A stretch of DNA of 54,471 nucleotides from an uncultured Bacteroidales bacterium (GCA_903927945.1 CAIYOZ010000158.1:1-54471), one strand, 5' to 3'; counted from the first letter of the stretch, positions 18,044 to 28,953 are shown. Program-made: numbers and translations. Notes: a model not told the origin generated them from the letters alone.

Positions 18044-20923
18044 TTATTTTACTATTTTAAGTTGACAAGTTTGATTCTCTGAGTTGGTATGCAGGATATA
18101 AACACCCTTAGCATAATTTTCAACGTTTATTTTTGTAATCGCCGGCAAGTTACTTTTCGAAATCAGTAGTTGCCCTGAAGTATTAAACAGTTCAACTTTT
18201 TGACTCCCTGTCCCTTGATTGTCAATGTACAGCACTCCGTTTTGCACGATTGCCGTCATCTTTTTTTTTAAAACATTGGGAGTCCCCGTTCCCGTTGCTT
18301 CTGCATCCGTTACCGGCGTGATATGGATAAAATCGATCTTGGCATTGGTAGCTCCTGTGGATGGTTTTACTACCAGTGTCCCGACTGTCACATGGGTGTA
18401 GGCAGTACCGGCACCAAACTTATTGGCGGTGGTGGGTATGAAATCCCCTATGGTGACTCCGTTGGCATCTACTTTATCATAGCTGTCGGTGTAGCTCGGG
18501 TCTCCTACAGCGATAGACACTTTGTACCATTGGTTTGGCAATGCAATGGACCACGACGAATTCGCCGTGGTTTGCATTTGCATAAAGGTATCAAATCGTT
18601 TGTCAGTTGCCACCATGCGTTCACGGGTGTTCGCAGTAAGGTTTGCATTCCAGCCGTAACTATACGTGTTTCCACGGTCGCCATAAATAGAACCGTCGTC
18701 TTTCAGGTAACCTGTTGGGGTGACTGTGGTACTTGTTTTCTGGAAATTAATCTGAATTTGTCCGACAGGAACATCGGGATAAACCGGCAGCGGAACTGAA
18801 TTGGTACAAGTCCAGGATGTATTGTCAGTATAATCAACACCACTTACTGTTGAAACAGCACTAATCTGATTTAATCCAAGATTCATGATGATATTATCCC
18901 ATATAAAAATATGATTGGTTGAAGTCAATGTTCCGATCAGTGTTCCATTTACGCTCAGAGTTACCGAAGGACAATTTGAATATATTTTCACCGTACAAAC
19001 AGTGTTTGGACGGGTAGTATACCGGCGGCTGGTGATATATACAAAAGGATCTTTCTTGTTCCAATTGGCTTTATAAATATAGAAAGCATCTTTTTTCACT
19101 GAACGGTCGAAGGTGATCAATCCCTTGTCATTAATCCCTGGTTGCGCACCCTCGTTGCGTCCATCGGAACCAAAGTCAAACGCTGCCCAGACTGAAGATT
19201 CCCAAAGATAGGGACGTGAATTGATCATAGCGATATATTGCTCATGAAACAGGTTCTGGTATTCTTCCGGGTGATAAGCCCCACCCGCACTTGGCTCAGC
19301 AGCAGGATATTCATGGTGGGTTATATTGGCACCACAACCATACTCGCTCACCCCGATTTTTACGGTTGGATATTTCACATGTAATCCATCCAGGGTCGAA
19401 CCAAAAACATCCGTCGTATTATAATACCAACCATCATACCGGTTGTTCGAATAGACATCCGGAATCCAGTTCGAAGGTTTCTCAGCATACATGGCTGCCA
19501 ATGTTGTCAGACGATAACTGTCTTCCGATTTGACAATGGAATTCATCTGGGTCACTGTCGCTACCGGATCAATTCCTGCCTGATATTCTATCTCGTTGGA
19601 CAATCCCCAAAAAATGACACTTGGGTGATTGTATTGCTGGCGAAGCAGTTCATACATCTCAGACGAAGCATTCTGACGGTAAATGATATTGTCAGCGGTG
19701 GTGGTTCCCACACTGTTCACGTCCGGTATTTCTGCCCAGCAAATAATCCCCAGTGAGTCCAGGTAATTGTAGGTAAAGTCACCATGTTCGTAATGCGATA
19801 ACCTGAAATAGTTCATTCCCGTTTCACGTATCAGGTCAATGGCTTCCTTGCGGTCGGCATCCGTCACGGCATGACCCTTATCTTTCTTTTCTTCGTGCAA
19901 ACAAACCCCGCGTAACGGATAGGATTTGCCATTCAGGTAAAACCCGGTGTTCGGGTCGACACTAAAGAAACGCAATCCCAACGGTTGTACAGAGGTATCA
20001 GTTAAAACCCCGTTCACATTCAAGGCAACTTCCACACGGTACAAATAAGGATCGAAAAGGCCATTCCATAAATGAGGATTCGAAAGGGTAGTTGCCAACG
20101 TGGAGGTAAGGGTATCATTCGCAGGGATTGTTTTCACATCCGTCAGCGTTTGTACAATTCCTCCCAGTGAATCCTTCAGGGTGATGACCACAGTAGCTGT
20201 GGCAACTGTTGCACCTGAGTTCCTCAATTTAGTCCGTATATTTAGATTGGCGCTGGTGGCCGATACGTTGCTTTGTTGAATGATCACTCCCGGTTGGGCT
20301 ACATTGATAGGAACCATCGAAAGAGAGTTCGAAATCGTCACATTTGGATTGATATGCACCGGGTTGGCCGTGATAAGTTCCACATTCCGGGTAATACCCC
20401 CATAGAAGGTAAAATCTGCTGAAAGAGGTGGACAAAGTATGGTCGCTGAATTATTAACCTGTACGGCAATCACATTATCCTGGCCTAACACAACCTTGTT
20501 GGTCACATCAAACATGAAGGCAGAATATCCCCCGGTGTGGGTGCCCATCAACTGACCGTTGACGTACACGGTGGCAGTTGTGCAAGCTGCTCCTATTTTT
20601 AGGTAGACAATTTTTCCGGCATCCGAAGCTGGTACTACCACATGTTTACGGTACCATCCGATCCCCCGGTAATAATTATTCCCTCCGTCCTGACCATCCT
20701 GGGCATTCCAGGTATGAGGTAAATTGACAGTATCCCAGGCTGTATCATCAAAAGTGACCTGCTCGGCACTGGTAACTGTGGCTTTGGTAAATTTCCAGCC
20801 TGTATTGATGCTGGTGCTTTCTTTGGCAATCAGGTTTGCTGCTAAAACAAATCCAAGTAGAAGTAGCATACCTTTTTTTGATAAAGTTGGGAGTAATTTC
20901 ATCCTATTTTTGTTAGATTTCAT
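18044..20923 (-). CDS. GH2 glycoside hydrolase (beta-galactosidase/beta-glucuronidase-like) with C-terminal malectin/CBM-like module and T9SS CTD
   Basis: VNLPHTWN, GWYRKH, RLSHY, NHPSVIFWGLSNE (acid/base), VSEYG (nucleophile), GINDKGLITFDR; QINFQ...YGW module; GVYIL...KIVK. Start uncertain (20923 or 20902). Confidence 0.88.
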   Translation of the reverse strand: MKSNKNRMKLLPTLSKKGMLLLLGFVLAANLIAKESTSINTGWKFTKATVTSAEQVTFDDTAWDTVNLPHTWNAQDGQDGGNNYYRGIGWYRKHVVVPASDAGKIVYLKIGAACTTATVYVNGQLMGTHTGGYSAFMFDVTNKVVLGQDNVIAVQVNNSATILCPPLSADFTFYGGITRNVELITANPVHINPNVTISNSLSMVPINVAQPGVIIQQSNVSATSANLNIRTKLRNSGATVATATVVITLKDSLGGIVQTLTDVKTIPANDTLTSTLATTLSNPHLWNGLFDPYLYRVEVALNVNGVLTDTSVQPLGLRFFSVDPNTGFYLNGKSYPLRGVCLHEEKKDKGHAVTDADRKEAIDLIRETGMNYFRLSHYEHGDFTYNYLDSLGIICWAEIPDVNSVGTTTADNIIYRQNASSEMYELLRQQYNHPSVIFWGLSNEIEYQAGIDPVATVTQMNSIVKSEDSYRLTTLAAMYAEKPSNWIPDVYSNNRYDGWYYNTTDVFGSTLDGLHVKYPTVKIGVSEYGCGANITHHEYPAAEPSAGGAYHPEEYQNLFHEQYIAMINSRPYLWESSVWAAFDFGSDGRNEGAQPGINDKGLITFDRSVKKDAFYIYKANWNKKDPFVYITSRRYTTRPNTVCTVKIYSNCPSVTLSVNGTLIGTLTSTNHIFIWDNIIMNLGLNQISAVSTVSGVDYTDNTSWTCTNSVPLPVYPDVPVGQIQINFQKTSTTVTPTGYLKDDGSIYGDRGNTYSYGWNANLTANTRERMVATDKRFDTFMQMQTTANSSWSIALPNQWYKVSIAVGDPSYTDSYDKVDANGVTIGDFIPTTANKFGAGTAYTHVTVGTLVVKPSTGATNAKIDFIHITPVTDAEATGTGTPNVLKKKMTAIVQNGVLYIDNQGTGSQKVELFNTSGQLLISKSNLPAITKINVENYAKGVYILHTNSENQTCQLKIVK

Positions 20924-21016
20924 TTGTTTGGATATAAGAATGACAAAATTTAATCGAACCAACACAGTTCAAACGGATTAAATTTTGTCAAATCTTGTGT
21001 GTTAATATCTTGAATA

Positions 21017-22474
21017 TTATTTAATTACTTTAGTGGATATTGATCTACCGTTTTCAAAGGTAAGGTGGACAAGATAAATTCCATTATTTAATTCTTTAGT
21101 ATCAATTTGTTTTTCAGTAGTCCCTTGATAAACAATCTTCCCAAGGGTATTGAATATCTTGATTTCTTTTGTGTTTTCTGCTGAACTGATATGAAGTATA
21201 TCTTTTACCGGATTGGGGTAAACCGCTTGTTTATCTTCTACAACTGCTTCGACTTTAGAAGGGGTATCATTTTTAGTTATTTCCATCCAATTCAGTTTAA
21301 GACCTCCTTGTTTGAAATATAATTTGATTTTTTGCTTCCCGGCATCAAAGGTGGCTTTACATTGTTGGGTGTTCCAAACACCTATCCCGTTGTTTACGAA
21401 AAGCAATGACCCTTTATCAACATCATTTACTGAAATTCGCACTTCGGAGGCATCGCCATATTGAAAAGCATCACGGAAAAAAACATTGTATTCTCCTGCG
21501 GCAGGAATATTGACATTGTATTCAACAAAGTCATAGGTAGGGTCAAAATCCGTTACGTTGATCTCGTTGGTTATATCGGTGGTTTTTTCCACGTGAACCC
21601 CTTGCATATCTATATATTGACAGGAAGGAATAAGTTGAGATGTAGTAAAATAGAAATTAGTATCGTACGACGACATGTAGGTGAAAATATCACCCATTGG
21701 AAGTAAAACACCTTCCAGGCTTTTGTTCAACAATTGCATATAGGGAGCTCCGCCACTATAACCCCTTTCTTTGAACCATGCGTAACGGAAGATGGCAGGT
21801 TCATTTTCCAGATAATCAAATGTTTCATTCATGAATTGTTCCTGTGAAGCTTCCGTAGTGCCGTTATCCCAGGCACAAAATTCGGTGAGCCAAATTGGCT
21901 TTCCATATTTTTTATAGGAATTAATGCTATTTCTTATGGAACCTACCGAGGACATATACAGGTGTACGGCAATATGATCAACCCGGCAGTCTGGACAATC
22001 TGCAAAGAATTCGTCGTACCATTTAAGAGGATCCTGATAAGGCGCATCGGGACTATAATTCAATGCCGGACCAACGATAGTTAAATGGAATTGATCGGCA
22101 ATGCTCTGCAAAGCAGGCCATTTTGCGGCTGCCTGGGCAGGGGTCAGATTGGATTGTGATTTGAAGTTCGGTTCGTTGAAGCCGAGAATATATTTTATTT
22201 CAGGATGGGCTGTTAACAGGGTGACAAGTTGTGCGGTATTAACTCCACTCCAACACATTGGAACATATTCAATGCCGTATTGCTTGAAAGCGTCATCATT
22301 ACCTGAGCCTGATGATCCCCAATTATAACCCCATGTGAGGCCGGGCGACAATGCCTGAACATCTCCGGTCAGCAGGTTGTTGAATCCAACTCCTCTCTTA
22401 TTACTTTTGGTTTGTGCCTGAACAAAAAAGAGACTCAAGCAGCCTATGCCCAGGATAATTATATATTTTTTCAT
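21017..22474 (-). CDS. GH128 beta-1,3-glucanase with CBM6/35-like module and T9SS CTD
   Basis: KRGVGF, WGYNW, EYVPMCW, LGFNEPN, IAVHLY, PIWLTEF and RYAWF; VEYNVNIPAAGEY (CBM6-like); VYPNPV CTD. Start at MKKYIII (ATG 22474). Confidence 0.88.
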   Translation of the reverse strand: MKKYIIILGIGCLSLFFVQAQTKSNKRGVGFNNLLTGDVQALSPGLTWGYNWGSSGSGNDDAFKQYGIEYVPMCWSGVNTAQLVTLLTAHPEIKYILGFNEPNFKSQSNLTPAQAAAKWPALQSIADQFHLTIVGPALNYSPDAPYQDPLKWYDEFFADCPDCRVDHIAVHLYMSSVGSIRNSINSYKKYGKPIWLTEFCAWDNGTTEASQEQFMNETFDYLENEPAIFRYAWFKERGYSGGAPYMQLLNKSLEGVLLPMGDIFTYMSSYDTNFYFTTSQLIPSCQYIDMQGVHVEKTTDITNEINVTDFDPTYDFVEYNVNIPAAGEYNVFFRDAFQYGDASEVRISVNDVDKGSLLFVNNGIGVWNTQQCKATFDAGKQKIKLYFKQGGLKLNWMEITKNDTPSKVEAVVEDKQAVYPNPVKDILHISSAENTKEIKIFNTLGKIVYQGTTEKQIDTKELNNGIYLVHLTFENGRSISTKVIK

Positions 22475-22590
22475 TTTGTATTTTCGTTTGATACTGAAAT
22501 TAGATAAACCAACCAATGGTCAGTGATCGTACTGGGATAATTTAAAAGAAATAATGCGATTTGTAGGTCTCTTGAGGATAGTTCTTTTTC

Positions 22591-22616
22591 GCCAGGCACT
22601 GTTCAATGTACCTGAC
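22591..22616 (-). terminator. Intergenic stem-loop
   Basis: GCCAGGCAC / GTACCTGAC; two mismatches become G-U on the minus strand. Confidence 0.45.
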
Positions 22617-22691
22617 AGATTTTCAAATTAAAAGACTTGGCTTTATCCACGCTGTAGGAAGATTCTCTTAAAAGAGAAAATACGTTGTAAA

Positions 22692-22749
22692 AAACACCAC
22701 TAATGCACTCCGTTCTCACAAAGTTTTGCGTTGTACCTTAGTGGTGTTT
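22692..22749. terminator. Long-loop intergenic inverted repeat
   Basis: AAACACCACTAA (22692-22703) / TTAGTGGTGTTT (22738-22749). Confidence 0.5.
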
Positions 22750-22757
22750 ATTAATAC

Positions 22758-23723
22758 TTACCTGATCATAACTTTAGCAATAGCACTACCCGATTTGATA
22801 ATGTAAGCTCCCTTTGCTAATTCTTCAACACCAAATTTTGGGGTTACCGATTTTTTTACCAAAGAGCCTGTTACGCTATATACTTCGATTGCACCAGTTG
22901 CATTCTGTACTTCTACAATTCTGTCTTTTACCAAAACAGATAATTTATCAGCATTTACATCGTTTACTCCGGTTGAAGCTGGTTTATAAAAGAAAACTGC
23001 ATCTACTGCGATTTCATTTGCTGGAGGACCACTTAAAGTAACAAAGTAGTTACCGCTTGGAATCGTTGATCTGTTTGTCCAGCCATATGTTCTCAATTGT
23101 GCAACAGTCATATCAATGATATTCCAGGTTATTCCGTCCGATTTGAAATTAGGTGTAATGTTCGTTTTAGTGGCATCCAAATTACCAACCCCTACATTAA
23201 ACGCAGCCATGGATACAGTTGGTGTAGTTCCTCCTGATGAACTTCCCATAACCTCAATTGTGGAAGATTTTGCATAAGTTGATCTTACGGCCATGTGAAA
23301 ATGGTAATCATCCGTAATCTTGGTATAATCAACTGGAAATGTATGTGGAGCAGTACCGGTTGAGTTGTCACGCATTGTCCATCCTGCACCCGACCAGGTA
23401 CTCGAAGTTACAGCAAAATCAAGAAATCCACCGATTTGTCCGAAAGAACCTTTTCCGGTAGCAGCATTGGCCACATAGCCTGAACCGGCCCAGAGATAAA
23501 GTGCTCTTTCACCCGTCGCATTATTCGTTGCATCCCAGTTTGGTCGCAAATCCTGTACGATGAGAGGCGTAATCCCGTAATTAGTTTCCGTATCAGCATC
23601 TAAATAAATTAAATAATAATTGGTACCGTTTAAGGAAGACAAGTCGGGACCCACTGCTTTCGCTTTGTTCCCCATAAAAGCGGCTAATGCCACTATACAC
23701 ATAATTGTAATTACTCTTTTCAT
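22758..23723 (-). CDS. Secreted T9SS protein of unknown function, immediately downstream of susD (candidate glycan-binding protein)
   Basis: Cleavable signal peptide (KAKA-VG); one ~220-aa aromatic-rich domain ending IAVDAVFFYK; short CTD IEVYSVTG...GAYIIK...KVMIR. Confidence 0.7.
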   Translation of the reverse strand: MKRVITIMCIVALAAFMGNKAKAVGPDLSSLNGTNYYLIYLDADTETNYGITPLIVQDLRPNWDATNNATGERALYLWAGSGYVANAATGKGSFGQIGGFLDFAVTSSTWSGAGWTMRDNSTGTAPHTFPVDYTKITDDYHFHMAVRSTYAKSSTIEVMGSSSGGTTPTVSMAAFNVGVGNLDATKTNITPNFKSDGITWNIIDMTVAQLRTYGWTNRSTIPSGNYFVTLSGPPANEIAVDAVFFYKPASTGVNDVNADKLSVLVKDRIVEVQNATGAIEVYSVTGSLVKKSVTPKFGVEELAKGAYIIKSGSAIAKVMIR

Positions 23724-23783
23724 AATAATAAAATTTTAAATAATTAATAATAGAAATTGTTTTGTTTATTTATTTATAGTTGC

Positions 23784-23813
23784 CCTCCAAATCCCTCACA
23801 GGGGATTTGGAGG
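23784..23813. terminator. Stem-loop directly after susD
   Basis: CCTCCAAATCCC-TCACAG-GGGATTTGGAGG perfect 12-bp stem. Confidence 0.65.
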
Positions 23814-23826
23814 AGCAGAACTTTCT

Positions 23827-25506
23827 TTATTGCACCGGTACTCCATCGTATCCCGGATTCTGTGGCATCGGGCTGTTCAAGTCACGTTCCTGAAGCGGAA
23901 TAGGGAATATTTCATGCTTTCCCTTCACAAATGGGTTCATATAAGTTGATATTTGAGGCTTAGTAGACTCACGATAGTGATTCATTACATCACTTAGAAG
24001 TCCCCAACGTTTCAGGTCGAACCAGCGATGTCCTTCCATGGCCAGTTCTACGCGGCGTTCATGCTGGATAGCCAGGTATAAATCATCGGCATTATCCTGT
24101 AATTGCTTGGTTCCGCTTTGTCCAACACCTTCCAATTGAACCGTGTAGTTAGGGAATGGAGGAAGAACACCAGCTCCGCCTGCAGTTAACCGGGCGCGGT
24201 TACGCACTTGTTCCAATGCCCATTTTGCCTGGTTTACATCGGGGGTTGTTTGCTTCAGACATGCTTCGGCATACATTAACAACACATCGGCATAGCGGAT
24301 TTCTTTTTTGTTGATTTCACCACGGGAAGATTGTCCGGAAGAAGCAATCCAGGTAGTATCGGGGTTCATCATCGAATATTTCCGTGCCGTATAGCGATCG
24401 CCTAAATACACATTGACATTCATAGTGTTATCATTGCTTGGTTTCACTTCGAATGTATCCGGCGCAAAAATAGCTGCATCACGACGTGGGTCGCCTGGTT
24501 CAAATTCATCATACAGTTCCTGCGTTGGCCTGTTGAAACCCCAGCCTTCTATCAGGGTACCGGTTGCCCAACGAGGACGTTCCATCATCGGGGTTATATT
24601 CCCACGTGTTGATCCCAATCCATTCGGACTCCATATGTCGGAGGTTGGATCCGTTACATATTGTATCTCAAAAACGGATTCTGAATTGTTTTCACCGGCT
24701 ACCGTAAAAATATCATTATAATTTGGTACCAACGTATATTGACCTGAATTAACAATCGAATCTCCCTGCAATTTGGCATCATTGTAATCATGCGTATTCA
24801 TATAGGCTTTGATCAGCAACGCACGTGCAGCACCCTTGGTGGCACGTCCTAAATCAGCCGCAGTATATCCGCTTCTTTCCGGCAAATATTTGATGGCAAA
24901 CTTTAAATCACTGAAAATCTGATCGTATACACCGCTTTCTGTGGCCCGGGGTTGTTTCCAGTCGGCCTGGGTTTTGATGACGTGATTCACTACAGGTACA
25001 CCTCCATAAAGACGTACTAACCTGAAATAATACATGGCACGCAGAAAGGAGGCTTCGGCAAGTACCCTGTTTTGCAGGCCCGGTTTATCCTTGGCAAACA
25101 ACGCCGCGCTCATTTTAGGAACCTCTTCATACACCAGGTTGCACCTGAATATACCCATGTATTGTGTCCTGTAATAACCCAACAACGCGCCGTTATCGGA
25201 TGTGGTCTTGAAATTCTCCAAATCGAAAAGCGTACCCATATCACTCAATGTATTGCTTCCCTTGAGGGCATCATCCGAACAAACATCGCCAAAAAACCAT
25301 TCATTGAATTCACCTGGACCGCTTTGATATTCCCAGGTTAATGGTACATAGCAAGCCGTAGCGCACTGGGTAGCAGCGAGGGAGCTGGTAAATGAATCTT
25401 CTATCTTAGTGGTTGCAACTTTCGGGAAATTTAAATAATCATTGCACGAAGAAAAAAACATTCCCGGCAATGCAAGTAACAGATATAATTTATTTTTCGT
25501 TTTCAT
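23827..25506 (-). CDS. susD: RagB/SusD family glycan-binding outer-membrane lipoprotein
   Basis: Lipobox FSSC; EASFLRAMYYFRLVRLYGGVP, GRATKGAA, ESVFEIQY, RYADVLLMYAEA, ERRVELAMEGHRWFDLKRWG and QNPGY. Confidence 0.95.
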   Translation of the reverse strand: MKTKNKLYLLLALPGMFFSSCNDYLNFPKVATTKIEDSFTSSLAATQCATACYVPLTWEYQSGPGEFNEWFFGDVCSDDALKGSNTLSDMGTLFDLENFKTTSDNGALLGYYRTQYMGIFRCNLVYEEVPKMSAALFAKDKPGLQNRVLAEASFLRAMYYFRLVRLYGGVPVVNHVIKTQADWKQPRATESGVYDQIFSDLKFAIKYLPERSGYTAADLGRATKGAARALLIKAYMNTHDYNDAKLQGDSIVNSGQYTLVPNYNDIFTVAGENNSESVFEIQYVTDPTSDIWSPNGLGSTRGNITPMMERPRWATGTLIEGWGFNRPTQELYDEFEPGDPRRDAAIFAPDTFEVKPSNDNTMNVNVYLGDRYTARKYSMMNPDTTWIASSGQSSRGEINKKEIRYADVLLMYAEACLKQTTPDVNQAKWALEQVRNRARLTAGGAGVLPPFPNYTVQLEGVGQSGTKQLQDNADDLYLAIQHERRVELAMEGHRWFDLKRWGLLSDVMNHYRESTKPQISTYMNPFVKGKHEIFPIPLQERDLNSPMPQNPGYDGVPVQ

Positions 25507-25519
25507 TGTATTTTACTGA

Positions 25520-28500
25520 TTAAAAGTTCATATTCAAACCTACAAGTACGGTACGTGCTTGCGGGAAGTTTCCATAATCCACTCCATTGTTTCCTACCTC
25601 AGGGTCAAATCCTTTGTATTTGGTAAAGGTCAGCAAGTTACTTCCACCTACATAGAAACGAACTTTGTTAATTCCTACTTTCCTGGTCAGATTTTCAGGG
25701 ATAGTATATCCGAATTGGAGGTTTTTTAGCCGTAAATAAGATCCATCTTCCACAAATCGGGTCGAAGCAAGTGCATTATTCGTCGCATTCCCTGCTGTTT
25801 TCGTTGGATTAGGAATGGTCCCATTCGAACCGGGCGCACCGTTTATCCAGGGGCTGGTCGGGTCATTAGGGTCTGTTAGCACTGGAAAAAATACATTTTT
25901 CATATCGGCACTCAAAACCCCGGCCGAACCATCAACTTCCAGCTTGTTTTGTCTCAACGCATTGTATATCTGGTTTCCGGTTACCCCTTGAAAGAAGACC
26001 TGCAAATCGAATCCTTTGAAATTTGCCGTCACATTAAACCCGTAGGTGAGTGGTGGAACCGAATTTCCTGCATTGTAGCGGTCCAACGTACTAATCTGTC
26101 CATCATGATTCAAATCGGCATATTTGGCATCGCCTGGTTTAGCGTCATCTTGTATCCTTTTTTTAACACCAGTTACAGGATTTGTCCAGGTATACGCATC
26201 AATTTCTGCCTGAGTCTGGAATACACCCAGATATTTATTCACATAAATAGTATTCAACGGTAAGCCCTGGTCGCTCAGAATAAAGCCATTCCAAATAGGC
26301 TGTCCTCCATTTGTTGCTGTCATTTCATTGTTAGTCAACGAAATGTTTCCACCAATAGAATAATTTAACGCTCCTATTTTATCGTGATAATCCAATGTGA
26401 ATTCTACTCCATCATTTTTAACGGTCCCTGCATTAGCAGTTACGGGGCTCATGAAACCAACCTGAGCCGCTGCCTGTACGACCATAAGCATTCCATCTGT
26501 TATTCTGCGGTACACATCTATATTTCCGCTTATTTTCCCAAACAAGCCAAAATCCAGACCAATATCCGTTTGATTGGTGTTTTCCCAGTTTAATACTTGC
26601 GGAAAATTTCTAAGTGATAAACCTGCGCCATTGGCCAGGGTGCTCGGAGTTCCATAGGGATATCCCACAAAATAGGTACCGGTCATTGCTGCGGGGATAG
26701 CACTATTTTCACCTAAAATACGTTCATTGCCCAATAGTCCCCAACCAACACGTAATTTCATGAAATCAACGATCTTTTTAACCGGTTCGAAGAACTTTTC
26801 TTCACTGATCTTCCAGGCTCCTGCTATGGATGGAAATGCTCGCCAGTAATGGCCGGGCGTAAGTTTGGATGAACCATCGTACCTGAAATTGCCTGTCAAC
26901 AGGTATTTGTTATCAAAAATATAATTTAACCGGCCAAAATACGAAGCCATTCTTCCAAAGCTTACTCCATCTCCTCCTGAACGAGTGGGTGTAGCTCCAC
27001 CGGTAGCGTCAATAAGAACGGCATTCTGCGTTTGACTCACGTACCAGTTCGACGGGTCAGTGTTTTGCAAATTGTTACCGCTGGCATTTACCGTGTAGGA
27101 GTTAGTCTCTTCCATGGAAGTTCCTGCCATGGCTGTTATTTCACTCTTCCCTATTTTGGCGTTATAGGTCGCCGTTCCTTCATAAGTTAATACTTGTGAT
27201 TGAGTCTCGGAAGCTGATACGCTGTTAATCGCACTTGCATTGTAAATCACATCAAGAATTGGATTATACGTTCTGGACGATCCGTTCCATATTTTTGAGT
27301 TGACATCGCCCTTTACCACCAATCCTTTAAAAGGTCTCAACTCCACAAAAATATCACCCACCCAATCTATGCTCCCGTTATTTGGTTTTGAATTGTACAC
27401 CTGATTAAAAGGATGCATTACGTTCCGAAAAAGTGAAGGTGTTGAATATCTTCCACTCAGGTCTACTTGTTGGGCCACTTGTTTGCCCGGATAACCGCTT
27501 AGGGTTCCGGCAGCATAAGTCACCGGATCCCACGGGGCCATCGAAAGGGCACTGGCAATCAGAGCCGTATTCCCGTTATTCTGTACGTTGTAACTGTGTG
27601 AATTTGTAAACGACAGGTCTTCACCAATGCGTAACCATTTTTTTACTTCCATGGAGGTATTCAACCGAATGGTCATACGATTATAATAGGAACCGATCAA
27701 AGTCCCATCCTGGTCGAATTTATTGAAACTCATTAAATAATTCGACTTTTCAGTTCCACCATCAGCCGACACATAATAATTATGCATCATGGCGTTTTTC
27801 ACGAATACCTGGTCCTGCCAATTGGTATCGTATTTGGTATAATCAATCCCCGGGGTTTTTATGCTGCCATCGGCATTCTTCTGGACAATGAGGGGATAGC
27901 GTGTGCTGCTGTTCGGCGTATAGTTTGAACGGATCCATTCGTTTAAGCCCAATGCATCTAAACCGTCATCACCGGTTTTTGTATTTCCCATCAAGGCTAC
28001 CAGATTGGCAAATTGGTCCCGTCCCATAACGTCTAATTTTTTCCAGGTGTTTTGCGTGCCTACATACGATTCAAAGTTTATATTGGTCTTCCCTGTTTTA
28101 TCCCCTTTTTTGGTGGTGATCAAAATCACCCCATTTGCTCCACGCGAACCATAGATGGCTGCCGTAGAAGCGTCCTTTAAAACTTCCAACGAAGCAATGT
28201 CGCTGGTACTTAAAAAATTTATATTGTCGGTCACAATTCCATCCACCACATAGATGGGGGTTGAGATACCTACTGTACCGACTCCACGGACATGTATAAT
28301 GGCATCAGCACCCGGTTGTCCCGAATTGGCATTAACGGTTACACCGGCAATACGACCTTGTAAAGCCTCATCAACACGCGCTACCGGAGCCATCTTAAGT
28401 TCCTTGCCCGAAACGGAGCCTACCGAACCTGTTAAATCGCTTTTTTTCATGGTGCCATAACCAATGGCAACTACTTCATCCAGCATTCTTGAATCAGACT

Positions 28501-28783
28501 CCAAACTGATATTTAAATCCTGACTTTGATTTATAACTTTAACTAATGTTCGGTACCCAATATACGTAAAAGATAAAGAACGGCCGGCAGGTACATTTAT
28601 GGAAAATTTACCTTCTATGTCAGTAATGGTGCCGGTAAGTTTTCCACCCTTAATCACCACACTCACTCCCGGTAAAGGTAAACCATCTTCCGATCCTTTG
28701 ACTACCCCTGACACTTTCAATGTCTGAGCTACTAATAATTGTGTTACGATGATGCAACACCAGAGTAAAATTGATTTTTTCAT
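25520..28783 (-). CDS. susC: SusC/RagA family TonB-dependent transporter
   Basis: LDEVVAIGYG, LKDASTAAIYGSRGANGVILITTKKG, EDGSYLRLKNLQFGYT and C-terminal Phe. Alternative start at 28795. Confidence 0.96.
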   Translation of the reverse strand: MKKSILLWCCIIVTQLLVAQTLKVSGVVKGSEDGLPLPGVSVVIKGGKLTGTITDIEGKFSINVPAGRSLSFTYIGYRTLVKVINQSQDLNISLESDSRMLDEVVAIGYGTMKKSDLTGSVGSVSGKELKMAPVARVDEALQGRIAGVTVNANSGQPGADAIIHVRGVGTVGISTPIYVVDGIVTDNINFLSTSDIASLEVLKDASTAAIYGSRGANGVILITTKKGDKTGKTNINFESYVGTQNTWKKLDVMGRDQFANLVALMGNTKTGDDGLDALGLNEWIRSNYTPNSSTRYPLIVQKNADGSIKTPGIDYTKYDTNWQDQVFVKNAMMHNYYVSADGGTEKSNYLMSFNKFDQDGTLIGSYYNRMTIRLNTSMEVKKWLRIGEDLSFTNSHSYNVQNNGNTALIASALSMAPWDPVTYAAGTLSGYPGKQVAQQVDLSGRYSTPSLFRNVMHPFNQVYNSKPNNGSIDWVGDIFVELRPFKGLVVKGDVNSKIWNGSSRTYNPILDVIYNASAINSVSASETQSQVLTYEGTATYNAKIGKSEITAMAGTSMEETNSYTVNASGNNLQNTDPSNWYVSQTQNAVLIDATGGATPTRSGGDGVSFGRMASYFGRLNYIFDNKYLLTGNFRYDGSSKLTPGHYWRAFPSIAGAWKISEEKFFEPVKKIVDFMKLRVGWGLLGNERILGENSAIPAAMTGTYFVGYPYGTPSTLANGAGLSLRNFPQVLNWENTNQTDIGLDFGLFGKISGNIDVYRRITDGMLMVVQAAAQVGFMSPVTANAGTVKNDGVEFTLDYHDKIGALNYSIGGNISLTNNEMTATNGGQPIWNGFILSDQGLPLNTIYVNKYLGVFQTQAEIDAYTWTNPVTGVKKRIQDDAKPGDAKYADLNHDGQISTLDRYNAGNSVPPLTYGFNVTANFKGFDLQVFFQGVTGNQIYNALRQNKLEVDGSAGVLSADMKNVFFPVLTDPNDPTSPWINGAPGSNGTIPNPTKTAGNATNNALASTRFVEDGSYLRLKNLQFGYTIPENLTRKVGINKVRFYVGGSNLLTFTKYKGFDPEVGNNGVDYGNFPQARTVLVGLNMNF

Positions 28784-28953
28784 ACTATTAAACATCTATA
28801 AATTAAAATACAATAATTTCGTTGGGTTCTAAAAAATCTCTATTAAATTAAACTTGGGAGACAATCTGTAAAGAAGCTTTTTCCGGCAAGCTTTTTTCAT
28901 GTCTTTTTTTATTATAAAATCAATACAGAGATTTATTATTGAAATTTGTATTG

